Source of the DNA: Chrysomallon squamiferum
Taxonomy: Eukaryota; Animalia; Mollusca
Direction of reading: 5' to 3'
Assembly (NCBI GenBank): GCA_012295275.1
Contig: CM022665.1
Span: 32,984,001-33,048,000, forward strand
Length of the DNA stretch: 64,000 nt
The translations under genes and the position numbers were made by a program. The notes beneath the pieces are model-generated. The model was not told the origin of the DNA and searched no databases. It worked only from the letters and a program-made list of their open reading frames with translations. This document shows, piece by piece, positions 37,501 to 51,000 of this stretch; within the stretch, counting starts at the first letter, position 1, and each line of letters opens with the position of its first letter.

Positions 37501-40158
37501 AAACCATTGTTCATAGAAATAAGAATATTCTTTAAAATTTAAAACTTAAATTTAATGCTCAAAATGAGATTTTAAAATATATATATATTTGTTTTGTAAT
37601 ATCTGTAATTCACTCAGAATCAAATGACAACACAAATACAAACATTAGCCTCTGTATACAAAAGTGTTCTGACTGCCCTGCACAATCTGGAACAGAAACA
37701 GATTAAATTAATGAATCATCTTGCAAGATACCAAAGTGTGGCTCATACATCAAATGATTACGTAGTTGTGCAAGGAAGAAGAATGCAGAAATTAAATAAT
37801 TTGCCACTTCTCACAGAAATGAGGAATTTTCAATCAAAACTTCTTAAGCAGATTAATGAACTGAGGTCAGATTTGTTAGCAGTTCATCAACAAATTGGGA
37901 AAAGAGTAACCAAATCTGGAACAGACGATTTCTCTCAAGGTAGGTTTTACCATTCATTTAATACTACCTCATTAACCTTTATGTTTGTTAAACAAAATAC
38001 ATAGGGAATTAATAAATATTAATATATCAGCAAAGTGCTGCTCAAGTATCAAAATATGCTGAGAACAGTCATTCAGGATAATTTCAGCTTACCACATATT
38101 AGAAAAACCAGAACCACTTTGTTTTTGATAAAATCCTTCTACAAATGGTAGTTTCTTTTTCCAAAAGAAATCATAACATTTCATCTGTACTTCTGAGTTT
38201 CATTTTCTTGAATGAAATTCAGCAATCTGTTCATCATACCTGTATGTAAGGGTTCAAACAGTAATAATAATGGGAACAGTAAGCGTGATAAATTTCTGGT
38301 ATCCAGGGCAAAGCTCTCCTTATAATGCCACTAATGCAAAGGTGTCAAGGTAGTAATGCGAAGTAGTAGATGGTTTTCCTTATTCACAAGCAATCTGGAA
38401 TATTAATTAGAATACACAATCTGGAAATCATTACTAATTATAAGGTTGGTTTAAAGTTAACATAAGGGTTATATGTACACCAGAAAATATGCAAAGAGTT
38501 TTAGATGGCAATGCTCTAAAGAGTGATAATATATTACAGTAGATGTCCAAAAATTCCATCTACTTAGGGTCTGGATTGATCTGGATTTTCAGATTTTTAA
38601 GATTCTACTTTAAAAATGTGGCAGCATTAAAATAATTAAATTGTGAGTTTATTCATAAGCAAATATAGTTTGCTTCATTTATCAAAACAAGCACTTTTAA
38701 AGCAAAATAAAAGTCAAACCTGACAATAATACAAATATTTTTCACTACTAAAAAGGTTGTGTAATGCTGGAATCATGCTAAAAATAAACTTTATGAAAGA
38801 AAAATGCACAAAAAATTCAATTTTTTGGACTTCTGCTGTATATTTGTCATGAATAACTTTTAAAAAAAAGCCTGTTTTTTTTTTAGGTTTAATATGAAAG
38901 TGGGTGGGGGGATATGCCCACAGACAGCTTTTTCCTTCTTTTTAATTTCCAGATTATGTCCAATTTCTGTGTAAGCATGGATTTAAAGGCATTGTCAGGT
39001 TTCTAGCAATTAAAATTAACTGTTTGTAATGAGCAATCGATTTCTGAGCAAAATATTCTGCAATAAAATTATTATAAGAAATAAAAATAAAGAGAAAAGT
39101 ACCGTAAGCATTCAGTGTTAATGAACAACACAGACAATATTTTTTAGATTTTGACTGAAAATTTTATCCTCCTTTTATATTATGATCTTCAGAGACTGAA
39201 TCATGTTTCACATTTAATGTTTACATCAGTGATAGACAGCAAACCATTCCTAATAGTAAAATTAGTGATTACTGGATAGATAATGAGTATGTTCTGTTTA
39301 AAAATGGGGTAAAAATAGGCTTTATGTATCAAGTGTATAAATAGATTAATACCATAAAATTTGCAGTCTTCAAAAATTTGTTAATTAAATTAAGAATAAA
39401 ATTTTAATGCAGAAAGAAATTAAAAGATAGATTAATTGATTTTTTAATTTATTATGTTAGGCCTGATTTAGGATAGGTAACAGGTAATTCAGTATTTTCT
39501 TATTATCTGTACCCAGTAACAAACTATTTTCAAATTACAAAAAGGTTTCTCTCAAGGGTTTATAGCATCCACCCCCCTCACACCTACAAACTATAGTTTA
39601 CCCCCAGTTCCTAAAACCCATTTTCTATCACTTTTTTTTAAAAGTTGGCTGTTGAATGAATGCAGTTTTGTCCAAATGAGTTTGTTGAGTGTTTATCCAC
39701 TGGGGTTGTCTGTTTACCAGCAAATGGGTTACAAGATACAAAGCTTATTTCCAGGTCTACTTGTAAAACAGACATACTTTATTTATTTTTTCTGTTTTAA
39801 TCTAAACAGGCTGTTTGTGTCCACTAATAAAACCAACTGAATAAACAAGCTTATTTTACCATGAAAAACAACTAATTTCTTTTTTTTTCAAAGATTCATT
39901 TTCTCCCCTTCCTTTATTATTTATGATATATAAACAATCTTAACTTTCAGATAAAATAAAACAGCTGCAGAATGGTATTGCTAACAATCAACAACCCAAG
40001 GTAACACTGATAAATAAATTTCATATTTATTTATATGAAAGAAAAGACTGGCCTCTGTGTGTCATTAAACAAACTGTATCCAATGAAATTAAAGAAACAT
40101 TTTGTTTTTTAAATCGCAGAACACAATAACATTATTTCAGGAATGGATTTCTGGATAG
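27493..40158 (+). CDS. Uncharacterised secreted protein (~588 aa): signal peptide, PAN/apple-like Cys module, long coiled coil; 9 predicted coding exons
   Basis: Exons 27493-27552, 28823-29093, 32677-32795, 35032-35469, 36241-36486, 36853-37095, 37618-37939, 39951-40000 and 40141-40158 have GT-AG sites; phases 0,1,0,0,0,0,1,0 join into one 1767-nt ORF. The last two exons are less certain. Confidence 0.8.
28823..29093 (+). CDS. Secreted coiled-coil gene exon 2 (PAN/apple-like CYKQC-x7-C-x11-C)
   Basis: tgcag acceptor, GTAAGT donor, open frame. Confidence 0.8.
32677..32795 (+). CDS. Secreted coiled-coil gene exon 3
   Basis: tttcag acceptor; phase 1-0; HLEKKVPRLIEIVTTKPVALTTDIPKIMKKSELEELQNM. 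Confidence 0.75.
33693..34511. repeat. ~119-bp near-perfect inverted repeat pair with ~580-bp spacer
   Basis: 33693-33811 is the reverse complement of 34393-34511 with few mismatches. Confidence 0.9.
35032..35469 (+). CDS. Secreted coiled-coil gene exon 4
   Basis: 438-nt open frame, cccag acceptor, GTAAGT donor, heptad-like pattern. Confidence 0.85.
36241..36486 (+). CDS. Secreted coiled-coil gene exon 5
   Basis: 246 nt, phase 0-0, coiled-coil character. Confidence 0.85.
36853..37095 (+). CDS. Secreted coiled-coil gene exon 6
   Basis: 243 nt, phase 0-0, coiled-coil character. Confidence 0.85.
37618..37939 (+). CDS. Secreted coiled-coil gene exon 7
   Basis: ctcag acceptor, G|GTAGGT donor, 322 nt open. 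Confidence 0.85.
39951..40000 (+). CDS. Secreted coiled-coil gene exon 8
   Basis: tttcag acceptor; DKIKQLQNGIANNQQPK; AAG|GTAAC donor; phase fits. Confidence 0.65.
40141..40158 (+). CDS. Secreted coiled-coil gene putative terminal exon (EWISG*)
   Basis: tttcag acceptor then GAA TGG ATT TCT GGA TAG; short, so tentative. Confidence 0.45.
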   Translation, partial: EWISG

Positions 40159-43100
40159 GTTTAATCAGAAAACTATTCAATTTCATTGTAAAATTATTTA
40201 TTATATGCACAGTTAGAAAATTGAAAAGTATTTGATTAAAAACTAAGTTATGACTAGATTGTAATAAATAATTCTTTGGTGCAGTCAGATCATAATTCTA
40301 AACATTTATTAATCAGAATATTTTAATACTTTCTTTTCAAAAGGTTTTTTTTTTTTTTTTCAGTCTCACCTGCATGTAATTATTCATAATCCTATGCTGT
40401 GAAGTCTACAGTTACCATGGGCTATTTAGTGATAACTATACAAGACAGTTTATAGCTAGCTGTACATACTAGTAATATAATTTTGAAAAGTTAATTAATC
40501 TTTGAGCTGTTCATATGTAAATATAGAATACATTTTTTTAATACTATGTATAACTACAAGTACAATTACATTTTTTACTTAGTGTTACCTTTTTTATAAC
40601 TGAGAACTAGTGGAAGAAGTTAAAATACAACAAAACTATATTTACAACATTTGCTGTTAAAAAATATTTATTATGTATTGTATTTACCATCAACTTTCTA
40701 CTGTGAAACCTACTTAATGTTTTAATACTAGACTTAGTGTTTTTTTAGTGTGAAAGGCATGAACCAATTTTGTAAAATGCCATAGATTAGATTCTTCACT
40801 TTGATTTCAGAGGCAAAATATAACACACACACACACACACACAGATTTCTTGACTTGATTCTAATAGCAAAATGCCATATGTAGTCATTATAAACAGTAT
40901 TAAAAAAGAAACAGTTTTAATTATTCCATTTAATAGCACAGCTTTATCACAGCAAAATGAATCAAAACAAGTCTCTTTTGCAAAAAATATGTAAAACAAA
41001 ATAATATTTTAAGCAGACATTTGTTTAAATGACATAATCTCTTTTGATCTCAGTGAGAAGATAACAATACAATTGATATTTGACTGCTGCATTAATGGAA
41101 ATACATGTTAATGTAAATGTACATTTATGTCGTGAAGCAAGTTCTAAATGATAACAAACCTAATGTAACTGAGAAAAGAAAAGCACCAATAAAACTTATT
41201 ACAATCCTTAAAAAGTTTACACACTTAAAATTCATTTTATTCATTGTAATTGTAGAAAAGGTAGACAACTAAGAACAGTTTTTTATTTTTTTTAAAATAA
41301 GAATAAATAAATAGAAATATTTTAGCATTCCACTATTTTGAAAATTTCTGCCTCCTTTAAAAAGCTCTTGGGATTTTATGAATTCCAAACAATAGAGATT
41401 ACAAATATTTTGTATAATATAATATAATGCAAAAGAAGTCACAGCATTGTATGAAAGATGATTCTTACATGAACACAGAGATATTACTTTCAAAACATCT
41501 ATTTGACTCTTACTGAATATACATAATTGTTTTGTTTATTTTTTGGTATTTTATTGAAAGTGAAGCAATAATAAAAAAAAAAAAATGCCACTACTGGCAT
41601 ATGTTATTATTTTTATTTGGTTGGATTTTATTTAATATTTCATGGTCATTTAGTTTTAGGTCAGTGGTCATTTAATGTTGAAGATATTAAATTATGAACT
41701 TGCCTGAACATTCTGTAATAATGAAATAAAATAACAGAGTCTACTTGAAACACACACACACACACACTCACTCACACAGAGTATGCTGTCACCATTCTGT
41801 TTATTATTTTAACATTGGACACTGTTCACTTAGTATGAAGCCATTATTACCACACACATGAATAATATTCAGTTTACCAATAAACTGCCAAAAACAAACA
41901 AAACTCTTAGCTAATGACAACCAGATGCTGTTTCTTCTTTTTCATAAAGGAGATTACATTATTTTGAAATGAACTTTAAACTACCAACAATAAAATCATA
42001 TATCTGTCATCTTTGTATACTTGCTTAGAACCATTTTCTAGGGTTCTCAAATCTGAGTAGACTTCAATTACATTCCGTTTATGGTATCAATTTATGTTTG
42101 GGTGGATTAGGTGGTGACCTTGTATTGCAAAGATCATTACATTCACCATATTTAGTGCGACATGATACAGACTGAGGCACAGAGATGGCTGTCAGAAAAT
42201 TCTGTATAACACCTTTTGTTGTCACTGGATTTAACAACTAAGTATATGTTGTAGACATGAGATATGTCTTGATCAGAATACAAGTATATCAAGTTTCCAA
42301 TCTGGTGCAAGGTAATTCCTTTAGTGTTTTTGTTTTTATTGTTTTGTTTTTTTTTACTTCTGCTTTGTGGATGTTTACAGATCACTTAATCATGTTGTTT
42401 CAGTATTATTCATCTATCATTCTGGGGAAAATGATTATGTTTGAACTATGTTATGTCCATAACAAAGGAGATAGTCTATGACCACAAACACATTTTAATG
42501 GCCAAACCAAGAATAGCAGCTGGATCTACTCGTGGTTCTTGATGTAACACCTGTTCTAATTTTGGTTCATTTGTGACTTGGCCAAACTGAAGGCAAATTC
42601 AGAACTAATTTAATGTAGTGTCACCTTTAAGACCATGAATCCCATGCAAAATCAACTAGAATGACACACATGTGGACCATTTAATGGAGCAAGCCAATGC
42701 ATATACTTTCAAATCTTTCATCAAGTATTTCATGCTATCATCAAATATTACACAAGCAGTTATGAATCAAGTTATTTTTCATGAAGAACCGATATTCATT
42801 TCTTATTCTATTTTAATATGTCTGCTGTGAAATAGTTCTGCAGAACTGTAAATTATTTGTTTGATGATAAAGTATGGAAACTTCCAGATATATGTACATG
42901 TATGGCATGCTTCATAATTTTGTTTTGTTTATATCTAAAGTACAGAAATGATGCTTAATGACATGTGGTGATTGATGCTTGGATGAATTTGTATGTGTTG
43001 GGTAGTAACCAATCCATCAAGAATAGTTTTATGGATGGAAATAAAGGATGTTGTAACAGACTAACTGATGACCATCAGTGGCAAAAAATGCAAATGAAGA

Positions 43101-44382
43101 TAATGTTTTCTTTAACAAATCCAAAATGTTCCCATATTTTAGCTTTCCCTTTTGAGCTGGGAATGATTTCACCTCTTTGCTTGCAGCTGGTAGCAAATGC
43201 CATCCAAAGTTATGTCTTCATAGCTCACTGGCAGATGAAATTACCACCAATAAGGATGTCTTTGGTTAAATTTAAATTTAGACCTGTTTCTTCTGTTTTT
43301 ATTTCCAAGAATTTATCTCATTTGACCTAATATGTCAAAAAATATAGGCAATTATTAGAGCCATGTTACTTTTCTAGTTGAAAATCCTATTTTTCAGGCC
43401 ATTACATTTTCTGTTATGGAGTTTTGGGGTCTTGTTCTGAGGTCAGAGAGTGAGGATAAAAGCTTTTTATATTTTACTGCAGGCAATACATGCTAGACTG
43501 ACTGCACTACTTCAAAGAAGTGGGTGAAATTCTATACAAACAAACAATAATGTCATCAAAATTAATGGCTGAAGACAATAATAACTGTTAGCATGATGTC
43601 ACCTGAGTGATTGCCCCTAGCCACTGACAGTTACTGATAGTTTACTGTCAACACATGGACTATTGCAATATATCATTAGTGTGGGCTCTTTAAATGTCTC
43701 AATTATCAATTTCTTTCAGAAGCCATTCTCTAATTGATCTGTTCAAAGGATAATCCCTTCTCTTTATGTCCTTAGATCTATCCCTTTATCTTTTCCTCAG
43801 ATCTGTTTATTTTTTTCCTGGCCAAAATTGTTTCTTTCCCGTTTCTTTTTTTCCTGTTTCTTTCTTTCTGTTTACCATGAGATATAAGAAAAAAAGAAGG
43901 ATATTTTATTCAGATAAAAATTCATAATTTCTTTCATATCAGTGCTATCAGTAAAGAGTATCACAAATATCTTGATCATTTTAATTTTTTAATTTTTTTA
44001 AATTTTTTGCTCTTTCTGATGGTATGTAAATTTTTGGTAAAATGGATTTTTGGAAAAATTTATCATATAAATGACAAAGTGACAAACTTACAATTAGCTG
44101 GTTTAGTGGTTAGTGCCAAATTAATGAAATACTGGTTTGATACTGGCGGTAAGACGCCAAGATTTCCGAACATTCCAACATTTCTAACATGAACTGAAGA
44201 AACTTTAATAAAATACTCTCTTTTCTTTATGTATATATTTTTATAATTCATTTCCAATACTAATTTATACTTTATATAATCTACAAACGTTTTACCACTG
44301 GCGAATCGTACGCTGCCCCCAACAAATGCCATGCCGCACTTTTCTGTATAAATCCCTGTTTAGATTACCGAAGTAACTACCA

Positions 44383-44498
44383 CTACCACTACCACTGTAC
44401 CAGTGCTGGGTGGGGGAACGATCGAAACAATTTTCTACCACTACCACTGTACCAGTGCTGGGTGGGGGAACGATCGAAACAATTTTCTACCACTACCA
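44383..44498. repeat. 52-bp tandem repeat x2.2 upstream of PSME4
   Basis: ctaccactaccactgtaccagtgctgggtgggggaacgatcgaaacaatttt is repeated exactly. Confidence 0.95.
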
Positions 44499-44830
44499 GT
44501 TATTTTTTTAAAGAATGTTTTGATAAATGTTTCATTACGATTTCTGAAACAATGAGGACGAGTTTTCCCATATTCAGTTTTAAAATCAGTTGTCACATAA
44601 ATATCCACGACTTTTAATCAAAAGATTATTTAAATTCCCTGTAGTAACTCATCCTTACATTAACATGGACGAGTGATAGCCCTTTGATTTAGAAAGCTAA
44701 ATATACATTGGTTTATCTGTAAAATCTTGACCAATAACAATCAGTTTAACAAAATATTAACAAAATGGTAACTTTCTGAAGAAAATCCTTAGTTCTCATT
44801 GCATTTACTAAATGTTACTAACAAACGAGA

Positions 44831-45021
44831 ATGAATAGAAAAGAGCAGTTGGGATTTAATCCCCAAAAGGAATCTATTTACAACAGATTATTACCATATG
44901 CTAACAAAATTGACGATGAAGCTTTACATGTGTTCGCACAAATTAAAGGAAATCTCGGTAAAAGTGTTGAACTTAGAGACATCAAAATTGGAGCAAGTCA
45001 TTGGGTTGGACAGCTGTCTAG
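44831..45021 (+). CDS. PSME4: PSME4 exon 1
   Basis: [14 protein letters not shown]...WVGQLS; AG|GTAATT donor. Confidence 0.93.
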
Positions 45022-48000
45022 GTAATTCAAAAGGAATTACAAAAACAAGTTTTAAGCAGTTGTATTTCCATGATCTTCAAGATGTGTTCATTATTTTAAA
45101 TAAGGTTTTATCGGAATTTTGCTATGTTTTGTTCATCTGACGCTAAAACGAATATAAAAACCTAGTAGTTGTAGGTTACTGGATGCGACGGACACGCCCG
45201 CTGTCGTAGACGTGCTTCACAACAGCTTGCTCTGATTAGCACGTTAAATTTTTTCACGTTTCAAGTTTCAAGGTTACTGGTTAGCTTGCGGTGTGTGACA
45301 AAAAATAAGTAAAATAAAATAATTAATCAATTGAACTAATTATCGGTTAAAATGAATATATTACCAACAACGTCATATATTCCTTTAAAAAAATAAGGAT
45401 ATTAACTATTAAGTTAATGGTATGCGGTTAAAAGTCTGCATTACCTGAAGTTGGCCCATGTTTATATGCCAATGCCATCATGTTCTGACAATGGAAACTA
45501 ATCACAAATGTCAGTTACAGTGGACTAGAATTCATTTCTGGGTTGTTTATACTCAACTTTGTTAATATGTAATAATATTAAGTGTGACATTATAAGTGTG
45601 AACTAACTAGCATAATGGATGTACTTCGGTGTTTGACCTACGCAGTCTAGTGGTTTACACCAAGCAAATTCTATTTTGGTGTGTGATCTACATTTTATTT
45701 TAATTATTATTTTGTTTATTCTTGGGGTATTTTAATTATTTTTCATGGCATAAATGAAACAACATTTCCTTTTATTATATATAATTTATTGGAACAAGGG
45801 CTAAAAAGTATGCAAATTTGAATAATTGTATCAATGAACTGAGTGAACATCTGCTAGAAATGCAAGAAAAAGATCTTCAGCATTCTTCCTCATCTGTAGT
45901 CAATACAAATAATCAGGGTGTGATTTGAAGGTTCTTTGGTTCACTCCTTTCATCTTTTTCAAAATACGAATTTTCAAATCTAACCAGGTTCTTTCAATTG
46001 CCTGAGTATTGGAAATTTAGACAATTTAAATTGAAGTATGCTGGCTATTCATTGGAATGAATACCAGATATTTTGCAACTTCTCTTTCAATCACAGAGTG
46101 GAATACAAATAAACTACCAAATCATATAACTATTTAGAAATGAAGTTTGCCTGGATATGATGTTCTTATATGTGTATCATCCATTAATTTTAAGTAGCAC
46201 CAATTAATGTCTACCCTTAAATTCTTTCGATTCGTATATGTTTAGCAATTAATATTTGATAATAAGACACACAGATGTTAACTTTCTATTACAGATCACC
46301 TCCAAAATCGCACAAATTCATTGTCCTACTACTCATCATAAAAGCGTTGGAAATTTGCTGGAAACTGTCAGTGTTGTGTAGAAAACTCCCACTCTGTGAT
46401 AATTACTACTCATGCTCAAACTGATAAAAAATATCCATTTTTGAGAGGATATGATGTGACACTGCTACTTCCTGATATATCAGAATAATCTGGCAGATTT
46501 GCAAGTGCCTAATTATAGTATATGTTACATCATGCTTATCAGGGCCTATCTGAATGTTGTAATTCATCTGTTTTTATATTTTCCAAAATAAAACCTTTTC
46601 AGTGACGTAATTATTTAATATTGTCAAAATCAAGCATAAACTGTTTTCTAGCTTCTGGAAAAATCATCTGATCAAAGTACTGTCATTTCATTTCATGTTT
46701 ATTTTTTATTTTACTTTAGCAGATTAAATGATCATATTTTTATCTCTGTAATTAATAATAACTTTAGCTATGTAGAAATTTAATATCATGTAGCCAACTT
46801 ATATCCTTTAACTACTTTCAGAACAGAAAAGATTTTTATTGCAGAAAATTTAGAAATAGATGAAATGCAACATCAGACTGGTTCAGGAGTTTGTGCATGT
46901 CAGCTCTATACCAGATTAAGTGGATTATAAATTTTTGTGAGCTGATAATCACAAATTTTTGCCATTGGTTTGTGTTAAAAAACGATTGTGACCATATCTG
47001 TGTCAACATCTTCTTTTTAAAACTGTACTATCCTAAAGTTAACTGGTCATTTATCTTTCTTTAAACATCTTCACACATTCCTCAGATTCAGCTTATATTT
47101 ACCAAATAATCCTAAATTATTAATATTCACCTTATGACTAACACGTTATGTACATAAGCAGTAATGCATTATTCACAATGAGTCTGCTTCACTGACTGGA
47201 AGTTCACTTTTTAAAAAAGAAGAAACTTCTGTATTTATATCCTCATAAATGTACCAACTGGATCAAGTCAGTTCTCCACAGCCAAAACCTTGTGAATTCT
47301 TTTTAAAGGTTTTTGTTTGTGAGCAAAGTGATCATTCTTTTCACAAGATGTCAATTTAACTGCATAAAATTACAAGTTAACTGATTACATCAGGGTTGAA
47401 ATAATACCAGAGATGGTTACATGTACATTGTTTTGGTTAATAAATCATAAATTATTTTGGCATATCACTTCTCAGCAAAATATGTGTGGAGGACTTCTTC
47501 TGCACATAATCCGTGAAGGTTTTGAGCAGTTTATTTATTTCTAATGCCCTAAAAAGTGAAAACACTGCTGTCATGTGACCTAAAAATATTGTGATCTAAA
47601 AATAGCCTTCTTGGTTATGATTGTTTATTTAGTAGTATTTACCTGTTTGAAATTTGGATCAAAATATACTAATAGAGTAGGTCACTCAGTACATATTTCC
47701 TTTTTCAGTTACTGCTACTTCAGCTGATAATGGCAAATGAAAATTGATGGAATATTAAATAATTGTAATATCTTTATTATTTCTTCAGCAGAACAAACCT
47801 ATGATGCCCCAAAGAAAACTTTTCTTCTTCAGTGGCCATTAACAAGTCGTTAATCCTTTTCTCCAGATCTAGTTTTCCTCTCACACACATTATTAATAGA
47901 TATTTCTTTGAGCAGAGAGGAACCCTATCTTGTATCTTCATAAAGCTTAGCACATCAGCATGTGCAACATCTAAAAGATCAGTATAATTTAATTTTAAAT

Positions 48001-51000
48001 ATATCCTCCCATTGTTATCATGTTTCTGATTTGTGATTTTCATTCACTTTAAACCTGTTCTGTAAATGGTGGTTCCACTTTTTCAATAATATCCTGTTTA
48101 TGCTGAAGAAGAATTCATGCCACATTCTAGAACTTTTCCATCAACATTTCAAGACAAAAACAAAACATAACTTAGATTGATCATTTGTCAGTATATGCCT
48201 ATTGTAGTTATGACATTTACCCATGTAACAAAACAATTTTATATTGACAATTTTTTCAGCTTTAATGAAGATAACAACGGGTATGGATCCCATGCAATAA
48301 ATCACCTGCTGAAGAAGTACTTTTCAGTGATTTTACACAGCAAAAGTATATTAGAACAATATTTTAGTTAATTAATTAATTTTTTTTATTATTATTATTA
48401 TTATCATAATACATATGTTAACAAATGGAAAAAGACAAACCTGTAAAATTTTGACCAACTTCCAGATCACTGAACTACGCTTGCTTTCTTTATCGTATAT
48501 ATTGTTTTTATTTTTACATTATTCTTTTATGTATAAATGAATATATATAAATCTTAATATTATTTGTCCAGGTACATACGACTGTATGGTCTTATGTTTT
48601 CTAAAGAAGATCATATCTACTTAGTAAAATTGTTGTATGAAATGATTATCATCCCAGACCTTGAATTGTCATCTGTTCAAAAGTTTTCCAGTCAGCTTAT
48701 ATCTCTGCTGAAGTAAGTTGGCATTATAGTACAAACTAATCATCTTCCGTTAATGAATTTTGTAGATTTTATGTTACATTGAAATGTGTATATATATATA
48801 TATATATATATATTTTTGTTTATCAGAGTGTGATAGAAAATAAGAATCATGTTGATTAAAGTCTGTTTAACATCTTCTAACAAATCAAGATGTCATGCAA
48901 AGCAAATCTAGATATAGCTTTAGGAAAAGTCTAAATTGGTTGATTTACTTTTAAAATGTCAAAAATGTCACATAGCATACAGCATATAATATTCAGTATA
49001 ACATTTTATTATATAATTATGTTCATAATAATTAATAATTTTTATTATATTCACTTACAAAATATTTTATTATTTTCCAAGAGTTGTATGTGACTTTAGC
49101 TTATTTTTTATTACTATTTTTGTTGTTGTTTTTAAGAAAAAAGGAATTATTGTCAAGAGAAGATCTTGAATTGGCTTGGAAGCCACTGTATAAATTGATA
49201 GAGTCTGTGATATATTCTCAATACGAACAACATGGTCTTCAGCTTTTTCCAGTGTAAGTATTCATTAATGCATGACAATATTACAAGATTGTATATTAAC
49301 ACTTTCCCAAAATTCCACACACTTTTCATAAAAGAATTTAACAATAAAGCAAAACTATTGACATTATAAAGTACTGTTTAAATGTCTGCATTTAGCATTT
49401 TGTTTTTTCAGGAATATTGAAAATGTTTTGAAAAACCTGGTTCGTGCATGTCGAACGTAAGTTATTATTAATTTTATACCTTTGACCTTCACTATTATAT
49501 TAAACTCTAAGTAAAATATTAAATTTCCTTTTTCGATTCAACAATATAATATATTTATAATGCATATAGCAAAATGTGCATTTGCTCTATACATTATGTT
49601 ATTATTATTATCAGTTTGTCATTGTTTGATGTTTTAAAGACGAATTATAAATAAATTTACTTTGGTTTTAATGTTCTATGAAAGGATGCTCAAATTATAA
49701 ACTGGTAACATTTAGACATAACCAGAAACCATTAACAAAAGAGGTCTAATTCTCTAAACATTGTTCTTCACCTGTATGTTTATAAAAATATTGTATCATC
49801 TTGATTGATAAGGCCATTGTCTCCTATTTCCTAACGGCCATATTCGGTTATAGTATTTTATATTAAAAGTGCACTATTTACAATGTTTCATGAAAGTAGT
49901 ATGCATAAATTAATTGTTTCTAATTTTCAGCAAAATAAAGTTCAAACTATAATATCTTTATAATTTATTTAAACAACATTTTAAATTTATTATTATTATT
50001 TAAATTTTTTCAGATGATATCAGTTTTTCCTCACTGATAAGTAACTGATAAGCTGGTGCTGGAATGCTTAAATAATTATATGCTTCACTATTGTGATATT
50101 AGGATATTTTTATTTTCTGTGTTTCTGTTTGTATCTTTTTTTTCATCCTTTATATATATATTTGTACATTTATAAATATTTGTTACAGGTATTTTTCCCT
50201 TGAGTCAAGTCAAGAAATGTTGGATGAGTGGCGTCCTCTGTTGTGTCCATTTGATATCACTGTGATCAAAGCTCTCAACTACCTAGAATTGTTCTTGCCC
50301 ACATCTCTTCCTCCAGAACATCACCACAGAGGTTTCAAGTCAGTATATATCTGCTTGAAAATAAATTATGTATTATTAATTCAGCAATTTGATTCTTTTC
50401 TTGTTATTTCTAAATTTTGAGAATTAAAATGGTTTTATTTGGATTTTTTCATAATATATTTAGTGATAAAGACATGAAAAATCTTTTTTAATTATATATT
50501 TTGTGTGGTTTATTTAAGAAACAACCCACTTAAATAATTTTACTTTGTGATTGCTTTACAATTATTATATATTTTATCTATATATATCAGTACAGTAGCC
50601 TTGTGTTGCAACTTTTAGACTTGTTAAAAATATTGTTAAAAGAAATTAATAAATTATCATAATTATTTTAAATTTCTTACAATAACAGATTGTGGTTTGA
50701 AGAGATGGTACAGCTGTGGGAGTCATTTCATAATGGTCCCTCTTGGGAATATGTAAGTTACTTTAAATACAATACAAAGAAAAGAAATATGGGATTTAGA
50801 AATGTTAAGCATTTTTTATTCAGTTTTTATTTCTTTTATTTGATGTATTAATTATTATTATTATTTTCTTTTTCCTTTTTCTTCCTTCTTTTTTTTTTTG
50901 TGTGTGTAGGTATAACGGAGAAAGCTGTTTTATTTCTATTTTCTCCTGACTAGATATACAGACACTCATGTCTGTCATTGTGGCCTATTATGTAATTTTA

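Noticed and set aside
44063-44332. 89-aa minus-strand ORF divergent from PSME4
   Set aside because: No homology recognised, AT-rich low-complexity middle, no convincing splice partners.
44383-44498. Direct repeats resembling a CRISPR array (also 56003-56176)
   Set aside because: No unique spacers, no cas genes, eukaryotic context; these are ordinary tandem duplications.
45860-46560. Possible CR1/L2 reverse-transcriptase relic (EKDL, KLKYA, DMMFLY fragments)
   Set aside because: Motifs too short and scattered to support without a search.
47777-48043. 88-aa antisense ORF in PSME4 intron 1
   Set aside because: No recognisable motif; possibly transposon debris but unsupported.
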